From Tubiluchus corallicola (taxonomy: Eukaryota; Animalia; Priapulida), in contig JAQGDQ010000762.1 in the NCBI GenBank assembly GCA_030141605.1, positions 36,464 through 100,463 on the forward strand: a DNA stretch of 64,000 nt, in the 5' to 3' direction. The translations under genes were made by a program, and so were the position numbers. The notes below the pieces were generated by a model. It saw nothing but the letters and a program-made list of their open reading frames with translations, was not told the DNA's origin and searched no databases. Below, one piece after another: positions 40,555-51,345 of this stretch. How positions within the stretch are numbered: the stretch's first letter is position 1; each line of letters opens with the position of its first letter.

Positions 40555-43500
40555 ATGGCGTTCTACGTTAATCGCTTTTGGTGTTCATTATCTAAATTCA
40601 GTAATCTGTTACCGTTTCGCTCGAAAGTGCTTATTGCAACGGTAAAAACTTCAGAAAAACTAGACTTCTTATATATGCGACACGATGGAAACTAACTTAT
40701 CTTTGATTTTTTGTCTCTCAGTTTTTCCAGATTTGTTTTATAATCACCCATCTCTTTTTAGTTGCCTCTTTTTTGTTTCTTCTTTTTTCTTGTTTTTCTC
40801 ATTTTCAGTTTCATCAGTATTTACTGCCTTATCTTCTTTATGTATTCTATTCTCTATTGTTGTTTCCAACTCCAACTTTTCCTTCAACCTTTCTTGTTGC
40901 TGTTTATAAACATCTTGCTCTTCTTGTAATTTCTGTACAGCCAGTCTTACCCCTTCTTTCACAGTTTTAACTTGTTTTTCACATACTTCACAATACCAAT
41001 GCAAAGTATCGTTCACAACTTCTTTCCTTGCTGTCCCTATGGCTTTGTAAGGTCTTTTTGACATTCTTATGCACTCTCTATGTAGCCACTTATCACACCA
41101 TACACACTTCATTCCATCCTCACCAACTCTTACTCTTTTAACACACTTGATCCCAACTAACTTCCTCATCTTCATCTTCATTGTTTTCATTTCCTTCCGG
41201 CTCTTTTTGTTCTCCTGGCTTCCTACTCACTTTGTCTTTGTTCATTTGCACTTCACTATCATCAACTTGCACAAATTCACACAATGCCCCTGTTCAACCC
41301 CACTTATTTCTTTGCTTACCTCTTCGCCACTTTCTTTTTCATTTGAGATTCTTAATTACCGTGAAAACCGTGTGTTAAATTTGAGTAATTGTAGAACAAT
41401 AAGTTTGTGCTTGTAAGTATTACGTATTGTCAATGTTATGCGTGCTGGCAAACTATATCTAGCTAACTACCTACACCCCTGAAAAAAATTGTTAGTAAAT
41501 AATCTGTGCTGCCTTTAGTCACCAAGCCAAAATGACTCCTAAATGTACTTCTTATTAGCTACTGCTGCATCCCTTTCACTAGTAGTGTAAAAGCAAAAAC
41601 CTTGAGTTAGTAATTGTAACAATTAAGTGTGTCTGTTTATAATATCAAGTTAGTAAGTATAGTATTACTAGTTATTGTAAAAATTGCTAATCTCTAATTG
41701 ATCTTTAGTGAACGTTATTATTAGCTAATTATTCCCGCCATCTTTACACAAACCGTGGCAAATTCTTAACAAAAAAAATATATGTTTAGTTTACAATTAA
41801 CTTGACTCAGACACTAAGCTGTTATTAGACTTTAGAAAAGCATTGTTGTCCAGTATTCACTTAATCAATGTTTTTAAGCTAAAACTAGCTTAAGCAAAAT
41901 TTCCCAAATTGCAAAACACGTCCGAACAATGTACCGAAAACACAGTCCTTACATTCGTGGTGCATGTAAACAGTTGCCAACTAAAGCAAACTTTGTCATC
42001 TGAACAAGTGTAATGAACGTTTTTCCTTTCCAACTTCAAATCCACTTGGACAAGTGTTTTTCACTTTTTTTCTCAGTGTTTTTTTGCATCTGTATTTAAC
42101 TGATCATTTGTTTTATTTCCATGTTTAACTACTTTTTGAAGCTATTTCCATACAGTTGGATGGTGCTCTAGAATTGTTATATCTATTAAGTACATAAGTC
42201 AAATTCCACTCACCATCAAAATAAAAACTCCGAAGATCCAAGTGAAATCGCAATTAGATGACCAGGACGAGCACATTTGGAGGCCTTGTGAAAGCTTTAA
42301 AATTTATTTTATATTATTTTTTTACTTAATTTTACTCTCCTATCTTCAGGAGAGATATTTGGGCACAACATGTGCTTTGTTTTTGAAAATAAAATCTGAC
42401 GTTTAGTTATTTCATATTACAGTTAAACTCATTATAGCACTCCTCATTGTAATGCCTGCCTCGCTATAATGGTAACTTTTGGCTTGTCCAGATTTCCATA
42501 AAGTATTAAACATAGGGAATGCTGCCAGCCTTGCCTACTAACATCTGCCAATGATACCTGCTTTGTCAAAAGTCCATTTTAAAATTACATAATAAATGTA
42601 CCCATTATAATGCCAGCCAAGGTAATGCACAATGAATATCTGCCAAAAACAGCTGTTCTATTGTAAAAACAATGGTCTCTGAACATAAAAACAGTTATGA
42701 TGCTCAAATTAAGATGTAGGTTTCGTATCAAGTGACTTTATGAAGGTTTCGTATCAAGTGAGTTTATGAAAGTGGATGTTGAGGTTTTGAGCAATGAGCA
42801 TAGATTTCAAAAGTACAAGGGTTACACCTACAGCCAAGGTTTAGTACTGAACTGATGTGAATTCAAATCCTGTTAAAGCTTATATTCGTATTGCTTTGAC
42901 TCAAGGTCAACTTATGTATACATGGCGGCTATTTGTAGTTTTAGCTGTCCACTATTGTTACGTTGAGAGTATGGGATGCGTGTCTGCATATTTGTGTCTC
43001 GTGTATAGGCACTGTGGAACTGCAGCATCCCCTATTTTCCCTCGACATTATTGATAATAATCAGTATAACAAGTTTTTTTTCTTTAATTCTTTCTTTATA
43101 CTTGTATGGAGGCAAAGCACATGCCGGAACTGTGCAGTTCACAGGTCTAGCACTGTGCGCTCACAACTCCAGCAACATAGTGTTTGACTGTTGTGCACAT
43201 GTGGCCTGTTGCTCACGCAGTGTGTGTGTTGTCAGTTGTCACATGCTTAAAAATCATCTACCGACATATTCTTGACTGTGACATTTTGGATTTATCAAGT
43301 TTATGTATAAATTTCCGTACGTTTGTTTATTAATAAATACAATCACAAATTACACTAAAATTACATGTTTGTTTCATTTTACACAGTATTAAAACAATTG
43401 CTAAAAATTTTCTGAAGCAGAAACCTCCTCTAATTTTACTTATGAGCCGCCACTGACACCTGACCTTATCGCCAAATCGACAGTATAATAAGGTTTGATT

Positions 43501-45545
43501 GTATTATTTCTGTTACAATTTTGTAGCCAAGAGGTATAACTTAAATAAGAAGTACATAGCTGTAACTTCATTACACTAAGCCACTTTCTCTATATAAGAA
43601 TTTCACAAACCAGGAGGTAATCTATGAATTTTCAATTTTCCTAAGAAAATCCGTACTCTGTATAAAACTAGCTTAATCCTGTTTTTGTTCACTTATATAA
43701 AGCCTGACATTTACTAAAATTGCAGTTGCTTTGCAAACAAACTTAACTGCAATACTGGCGGAATCTTCTTGAAACTCAACCGTTTATTATTAAGATTCTG
43801 CATATAGCTGGAATCTTATTCGAAATCAACCGTTTGTTTAGTTCTCTGCTACGACATTGAATAACTCCAAAACGATGGTACCTAGAGTCACAAACTTGGT
43901 GGGTAGACCCTGAGGGTGGGGGACTGGCAGCGGTATGGTGACCGGTCCTGGGTCAAAGGGTCAAGGACACTGGACTTCAGACAGTTTTTCAGTATTACTC
44001 AACTCCTCCTAGGGCATGTCTAATTCAAATTTTTTTCACAAGTATTTAGATACTATGGGATAGATGTTTTAAGTATTTTTTGGAAATAGGAGTCTAAGAA
44101 AGTTCCGAATTAGGAGCCAAAATGTGAAAATTAGGACAAACGGCGCTGGAGTCACAAATCTTACATGGTGTGTACTTACTGTAAAGCTATAGTTCACAGT
44201 TACTTATAGTAAGGCTGTAAGGGTACCAAATGATGTCCTATGGTTAACAGGTCAGGGGCAGTAGACATATATCAGTTTTTCGTTAGGCTGTACTTAACCC
44301 CACAGTTTTTGGCATAGTGGCACAATTTTTGGTATGTGGCTAGAGTAGCCCAAGTTCTTATGCATGACTGAATTCAGGTAATTTGGATATGAAAAAATTT
44401 TCCGTTACGGCCTAAAAACTGAAAATGGGGGGTTGTCACAGATGTTTTTCCAGTCTTGAAGAAAGTGTCTCCATTCTTGTAGTACATGAAATGAAAGGTC
44501 CTGAAGAGACAAATTTAATGGTGTAGATTGGCCCAGGATTGGTAGACCTCTGACCTAAGGTCATAGGTCCAAGTGCAATGAGCTACAATCTCATTGAAAC
44601 AAAATGCAATTTTTAGGTAATCTGGCATGGCAAATTCATTGAAGACCTTCAGACCCAAGACTCATAGGGCTGCGGGTCCGAAATTGGCAAGTTCCAATTT
44701 CATCAAAACAAAATGCTACTACTAAATACTGATTAGCTATGTTACTTTGAAAATAACGTAAAATATCACTTTGTTACATTGTATTATAGTTGCAGAATAC
44801 ATTGCAGAATCTACGGTTTATGGCTTGTTATAAACGGTTTTCTGGTTCATGTTTAAGTTGCATATACTGGCATAAATGTTCAGCACACATATTCGTATAT
44901 TATATGAGTATCAATTATCATGAGACTTATTAATGTGTGTAATAAGAATTTTTGTTACAGTTTCAAACAACTAGACTCCAGCCTGTTAATGCAAATACAA
45001 CATGGTTGTTTTCAAGAAAGTACTGCACTTGTAGCCAAAAGAGTTCTGGATATCGACAGACTAATAAAGGTCAAGGAGACGAGGAACTTGTATATGCAGC
45101 TGTGTCGATTGATAAATACGTAAAATGGTTTAAAGTATTGTCACAACTTTTATATACTGGAGCGATTCTCATTTTAGTGCCATGGGGATTATTTGAAAAA
45201 GATAAAAAGTTTTCAGAAGATGGCTTTGTTACATCAGAAGGCCAGTTTTGGACTGTAGTGGCCATGCTTACTGTGGGGCTTATTATAGTGTGTACATATG
45301 CATCTCGAACAATTGTTAAAATAAATTACAATGCCAGGAAGGACCATTACACAGTAATAGCACACACGTGGCATGTAGGTTTGAAGAAAATTCAGGTAAA
45401 AGCTGGACAAATGAAACTCAGGCAAGTGTCACCAGTCTATGGACAAATAATGGGGAATGTGGAATGTGATGGAGGTGCTTTCTTCTTGGAACCAGAACAT
45501 TTCACCTTTCCTTTCCATTACAATAAATTACTTGGTTTTGTATGA
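40555..45545 (+). CDS. TMEM70-like mitochondrial inner-membrane protein (TMEM70/TMEM186/TMEM223 family), 2 exons
   Basis: Exon 2 (44961-45545) follows the acceptor ttgttacag and encodes ELVY...two TM helices...TIVKINYNARKDHYTVIAH...FFLEPEHFTFPFHYNKLLGF, matching the TMEM70 layout. Candidate exon 1 (40555-40641, MAFYVNRFWCSLSKFSNLLPFRSKVLIAT, acid-free and targeting-peptide-like) splices in phase 0 but is less certain. Confidence 0.72.
40744..41300 (-). mobile_element. PHD-finger / coiled-coil ORF1 remnant of a CR1/L2-type LINE, antisense within the TMEM70-like intron
   Basis: CVKRV..DGMKCVWCDKWLHRECIRMSK..Y...LHWYCEVC (PHD, first Cys lost) followed by a Lys/Glu coiled coil, as in PHD-type LINE ORF1. 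No ORF2 follows. Confidence 0.7.
42718..42770. repeat. 26-bp tandem duplication
   Basis: aggtttcgtatcaagtga(c/g)tttatga repeated twice. Confidence 0.8.
43780..44848. mobile_element. Probable Helentron/DINE-like non-autonomous element
   Basis: Starts tttattattaagattctgca and ends tgcagaatcta...aaacggttttctggtt, giving a subterminal inverted repeat agattctgca/tgcagaatct. The interior has ggtcaaagggtca and aaacttggt motifs typical of these elements. Confidence 0.5.
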
Positions 45546-45773
45546 CTGCAACTTTATTCAGGATAACCATACTCCAAGCTTGTCTGCAGTCATAAGGACT
45601 TACGAAATTGTTCGACTACACTATATCATTATGTAGCTAAAGTCTCGTTATTCTTTGAATTGAATTACCATCAAGTGTGAATGTTTTTATGATTCTGTCA
45701 TAAAATCACAGAAGTAGTCACAGAAAAGTTGTGATTACTTACAATTTTAAAAGTACAACTTATTTGTAGGTAG

Positions 45774-45884
45774 ATGTACATGAACTTTTTGCTTTCAGTA
45801 TCAACAGATCATGTACATGAACTTTTTGCTTTCAGTATCAACAGATCATGTACATGAACTTTTTGCTTTCAGTATTAACAGATC
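45774..45884. repeat. 37-bp minisatellite, three copies, between the convergent TMEM70-like and ALKBH2 stops
   Basis: atgtacatgaactttttgctttcagtatcaacagatc three times, with one mismatch. Confidence 0.95.
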
Positions 45885-45952
45885 AATCATTTTAACTCCA
45901 AGATCAGCTTCACAGTTTTACATGTATATGAAAATATAACAAGTTATGAACA

Positions 45953-48900
45953 CTATTTCAAAATTCTTCTGAATGTGAAATTAACTCTCGGTCCAAGTAT
46001 TTTTCTACGTATGGGCAGCGAGTGATACCAGAACATATTAGTTGGTGGGTTCATTAATAGTAAGAGTCCATGATTCAACAAAATTTTCACTGGGTTTATT
46101 GTTTTAGTTGCTGATTTTCCCCGAGAGGCTGCGTGACGAAGTATAAATTCCCTGGTTTCTCCAAGAGACAATGATGCAATAGGATAGGTTGGATCTAAGT
46201 CTTTCTCATCATCTCTGTGTTCTCCGATATGATCTAGTCCGTCTTTGTATCTTGAATTTTAGAGCAAAATATTTTCACAACTTTTTTACCAAAAAAACGG
46301 GGTGATAAATATTCAAATGTTAAACATTCAAATGATCAGGTTGAAGTTAATAACTAGCCACTTGTATCATAATCTCAGCAATGTTTTCAGCATCAAACAG
46401 TGTATTGACCATATAACTACAGGTCTTTGCAACACTGCAGTCCCAGCACTAAGCTGTTTTTATTTAATTGCCTTACAATCTCTGGTTTTGATAGAGTCGG
46501 TGAATTGTCTGTAACAAGACAGGTCGCTTCACTCTTTTAAACTTTCCGCACACTAGAGTATGGTGCATAGGTACCAAGATAACAGTTATACCACTGTTGA
46601 GCAATGAGTATTCTCCATTTACTAGCAGTTAAAGGAGGGAAATAAACTCTTTGAATAGAACTGCTACAAAAATACCATGGCCCACCATTCATGGATAATT
46701 TATGCATGAATTGATTTGCAGAACATTTTGGTATGAATTTTACAATTATATGGAATTTTTAGAAACATTGAATCAATTATCACACTCTTCGGTTTCATTT
46801 TAACATTTGTGTTTCTAGCATTAATATTGTAATTCGGCAAAATTGTATAACCATTTCGTGAATAATTTTGAACAAAATTATTAACACCAGAGAAAGACTA
46901 AGTTAATGGTACCTGTTGACTAGAACAAAATTGAACTTGCAACCACATGCTGTTTCAACGTCATGGCGTATTTTGCTAGTCAGTGTTGTCCATTCTTTTG
47001 CTGCTACAGTTATACCGGAAAATGTATAGCAAAGGCCTTTATCTCCAAACGCAACCTGAAATTTACATATTGTTAGCACATTGAAACTTTGCAACTTGTT
47101 AGGCACAGGCTTGTTGAAGACAGTACTGGAGTATTTGAGGTAGTGACCTAATTAAGTTAGTAACTATTTTTTGACAACTGGGACACCAGCATAAAAACAC
47201 AAAGACTAGCAACCCAACTCAGACTTGCTTGTTAAAAGTGTGAACTTGACTCAGACTCCTGATTTTAGAATGGTTAAATATAAGGAGTGATTCGAAACAT
47301 GACTTGACTGTGAGTCAGACAACATAAAAAAGACATATCCACAGATTCATACAGTTTTTAGCTATAAAGTTCAAATTTGCAACACTGTGCATCTGTCAAA
47401 GAAACTGTTTTAGTATACACCAAATGCACTTGCGGGTATAAGTGAAAATTTGTAGACTAGACAATTTACGATAAATTTATAATGATTAGTTACACCATTA
47501 ACACCTACAGCTGTAATTATTATTTTCATGTCTTATTTATAAACAAATAAACACAAAAATCCATTGTAACTCCAGTTTTCCATAGTGAAACAGTGGAAAA
47601 TACAATTAATACAATTTAGCATGAGAGATACTTGAATCATTGGCTTAATTGGACTTGAGCTTGAAGTGAAAGATTCGAACTTGACTCAAACTCGAGTTTG
47701 GAAAACTTAAAAACTTAAAACTCAGCTTGTACTCATATGCTGAACAACTTGGAGTCGTTGCTCCAAACTTACAGAGGCTGTAGACTCATCTTCAAAAACA
47801 TTGGTTTAAGACTAGTAGCAGAATAGAATGACTTATGGTAAGAGAGGCTGAGGAACTACCTTGGAACAAATATCTTAATGACAGTCAAATTATTTAAACA
47901 GCTAATGAGCAATAGTCCATGAGCTACATCTGATTTTTGTACCACGGGGTGTCAAATTGAAACGTTGTTTTGACATGTTTTCACGAAAGGCACATGTCTG
48001 CAGGTGAAAAAAATTTTGGCACCAAGCTTGGAATAGTAGCTTAGTGGTAGTAATCAATATCTGAAATCGCTTTGTATGATTCATGACTGGGACTAAAAAT
48101 TATATAAGCAAAAGTAAACTGCGATATTATTTGGTTTTTGAAAAAGTGCTCATTTACTACAAATAGTCACTCAAAATATTGGAATATATTATACATACTC
48201 TATAATTATATTATAATCATTTATGTGCTAGTACGTTAATTAAATGGGCATGTTCAGTGGCCAAAACATCCCAATGAGTAGGACGTACATGCATTACAGA
48301 AGACAAGAAAATTATGAAATAAAAAAACAGAATTATTAAGTCAGGCTCTGAAAAACTTCACATTCAGATTGACTAGCTGAACATGACGAAAAAACCTCAG
48401 CAAAGGCAGCCTATATACGCATGTGAGCTGAAAATACCAGTGTTTTGTTTCTTTGTGTCTCATGTGTTTACTCATTATATAAATTAATGTAACTGTCTTT
48501 TGTAATGTGTGTACATTCTAATAAGTTAACTGTAATTAAGTCAATTCTCGAAAGTGGTGATGACAAGTCACGGGCATATGGTTGTCCTTTTTCCGGAAAG
48601 AGTTATATGTTTTTCTGCCTTTATGTCGTAACTTTTCTTTCTGGTCATGCATGACGTCTAGCTGAAGTATCTAAGCTTTAATCGTGTGTACCTGATAGCA
48701 GGTTTTGATGGACTGGTGTCTGTGGATCATCAGTGGATGTAGCCAGAATCTAGATAATGAAATCAAATTACTAACAGTGTGGCAGCTAAGGTAAACAGTT
48801 GCCATGGCAACCAATTCAGAATAAATGATCCTTTTAAATTTTCACTCATATATGGTAACCATGGCTTGACACCAATAAATACCTCCAAAAATGCAGTGAC

Positions 48901-50743
48901 TGTGTGGTTATTAAGATAAACAGTTGTCATGGCAGCCAACTTATGGTAAATATTAACTAACGTTTGACTACAGCAAATACAGTCAAAAACAGAAGAGTAT
49001 ATTATTGCAAGAGATGGTATCAGTCTTGGAAGAAGTGCAAGTACACAGGCACTTTTCTAAACACCAAAGATGATATTAAAAGTAGAAAGCAACAAGCAAT
49101 GCATGCTTTTCTTCAGCACAAGAATGTATTAACTAGCAAGAAATTAAGTCTTAACATAAGACTTCGATTATTTAATGCTTACCATTACCAGTATATTTAT
49201 AAAAGCGAAATGTGGGGTTTCACGATTACGATTACTCAAGAAAAGCAGATTGACACAAATCATAGAAGTCGTCTAAGGAAAGTTTTTACAGATAAAATGG
49301 CCATACATAATCAAAAATGAAGATTTATACCAAATGAAGCACCAGTAAGAATTGTCTTAAAGGAAGCCTTAAAACCTTGCAAAAAACAACTTGGATAGCT
49401 AAGATAAGTAAAGATCTTCAATAACTTCAACCAAATCTATCTTTAGGAGTAGAATTTATTTTGTCAGCTGCAGATAGAAGTGGGTGGAATACTCTAATAA
49501 ATGTTGATGCCTGAGTGCCTACAATAGGTGGAATGAGACTTTGAAGGAGAAGAAGAAATTCTAAGACTACTATTTACGTAATGGTGCCAAATAAACTTAG
49601 TGTCAAATTTACACAGGATAGGACCTTTGATAATTTAAGGTTAAACAATTATTATTACTCATTGTTCAAATATGTAGTTAAGATCTGCAAAGTCAAAAAG
49701 AATAGAAAGCTGTTTGCCAGCAGTTGGATCAGATTCGGATGGGGCATTTTCTGTCACCAATATGCCGAAGCCATTGAACTTCAAAACCAAAATTTTGTAA
49801 AACATCACCAACTAAATCACTAAAATTATAGATCTATTTTGTGCAGGTATTAGTTAATTTTGCAAGTTTAAAGTTTAGAAGAATTGAAGAAAAAGTTTTA
49901 TTTGAGTATAAATATGCAAGATAACATCACAACTGTCCCACTGGCAACTAGGGTTTCATCTGATTTGTGCCTTGACATATACAAATAAACACACAGTAGT
50001 TTTGGGCATCAATGTAACAGGGACACCTGTTTGAGCCAACTTTGGCTGCTAAATTTTAATTAGTAGAGTAGTTATAGTATTTTTGTGCATGTATGAGATT
50101 TTCAGTGGGGTTCAAATTTTAGGACCTTTTCACCTCTGAATCTGATCTGATGACTTAATATATACTGGTTTGTAAGTGGTATATTTACATAAGACATAAA
50201 AATTTTAACATTTTATGTTGTCATGAGTGGTACTAATTGAGTCAATGTTTCAAAAAAATATTGCAGTTTTTTTCTTACTCCATATCCTCCAGCTTCAGAG
50301 AGTGACTACTACCACTAATTCGTCATATTCTGGCATTTAGCTCACGGATTGTTAATGCTATCTGGTTAACATAGAATAACAAAATAATTAAGACAAAGAG
50401 GTTATCAAAATTTATAAAGAATTATCATATTATAAAGAATATATCTGTTTAAATAAATTAAACTTGCCTGTTTTCGAGGAATGCTATGATATTTGCCAAA
50501 TACTTTTATCTTTGTTAGGTCGCTAGAATAATAGTTAATAGATGATTCACAGGCTTCTAAAAGGGGATCTGCCTCTGACTTTGTATAAAGCTGTAATATG
50601 GAACAGTCCAAATTTTCACGTATAATTTTTATCCATTTCCGTCCACAATAGCCATGAGATGGTTCTTGTTCTGCTTCATCATCATCATTTCTTGAAATTT
50701 TGCGCTTCCCTGAGATTTTTTGAACAGTGGAAATGCCTGCCAT
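45953..50743 (-). CDS. ALKBH2: Alpha-ketoglutarate-dependent DNA oxidative demethylase AlkB homolog 2, 3 coding exons
   Basis: Exons 50743-50468, 47055-46913 and 46250-45953. Motifs: KVFGKYHSIPRKQVAFGDKGLCYTFSG, FNFVLVNRYKDGLDHIGEHRDDE (HxD), IASLSLG, WYHSLP (distal His), RVNFTFR. The intron 1 donor is GC. Confidence 0.95.
47200..47800. mobile_element. Degenerate MITE with gacttg/gactc subterminal repeats
   Basis: Clusters of acttgactc / gacttgag near 47215-47320 and 47650-47790 flank an AT-rich core. Confidence 0.35.
48798..48936. promoter_or_regulatory. RFX X-box-like palindromes (perfect GTTGCCATGGCAAC plus two degenerate copies)
   Basis: 48798-48811 gttgccatggcaac; about 48854 ggtaaccatggc; 48923-48936 gttgtcatggcagc. 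Function is unproven and the motifs may be repeat-derived. Confidence 0.4.
48990..49500 (+). mobile_element. RTE-like LINE 3' fragment
   Basis: KYTGTFLNTKDDIKSRKQQAMHAF...LSLNIRLRLFNAY...YKSEMW...IDTNHRSRLRK matches the post-RT region of RTE-type elements, and AADRSGW occurs at the end. Confidence 0.7.
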
Positions 50744-50849
50744 TTAAGTGCAGCAATCTAAAACTGAAAAACTGTTTATTAAAAAGAAAACATTAACCTT
50801 GGAGTCTTGGACTAGCCTGCAACAAAGTACCAATTTAATTTTTCAGTAC

Positions 50850-51345
50850 CGTGTATCATTTTATATATGATGATAAGTGGTGCGGGAGCCCATAGGAGCA
50901 ACAAACAGGTGCAAAATACAGAAAACATTGTAATGCTAGTGTTTTTGACAATGGCAAAATTTTGGCCCACCCGGGGTCGCCAAAGGTCATCAACACGGAA
51001 TGTCTCAAGCATATCGAGTAATATATCAAATTAAAGCTTGGGTTGAGGCAAGTTTGACACTAACAAAATTTAATGCTGGTCCACATGGGATCATTTAAAG
51101 GTCATCTACAAGGAATCTCTCAAATAGTTTGTGTAATATATCAAATTAAAGCTTAGGGCGAGGTGGATTTGACACTGCCACATTTTGGCCCAGCTGGGGT
51201 TACCTAAAGGACATCTACAGGGAATGTGTCAAACATATTTTGTAAGATATTCAAATAAAGTGTATGCCAAGGCGGTTTGACATGGTTCATTAAAACATCG
51301 AACGTCACCATCATTTTACATAATATTATATAATATAAGGGACTG
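50850..51345. repeat. Interspersed element with ~115-bp internal degenerate repeats
   Basis: gtaatatatcaaattaaagctt(g/a)gg..gagg...tttgacact at about 51018 and 51133, with a third degenerate copy at about 51242. Confidence 0.6.

Noticed and set aside
40685-41416. Plus-strand Phe/Leu/Ser-rich ORFs resembling membrane proteins
   Set aside because: They are antisense shadows of the purine-rich PHD/coiled-coil ORF on the minus strand.
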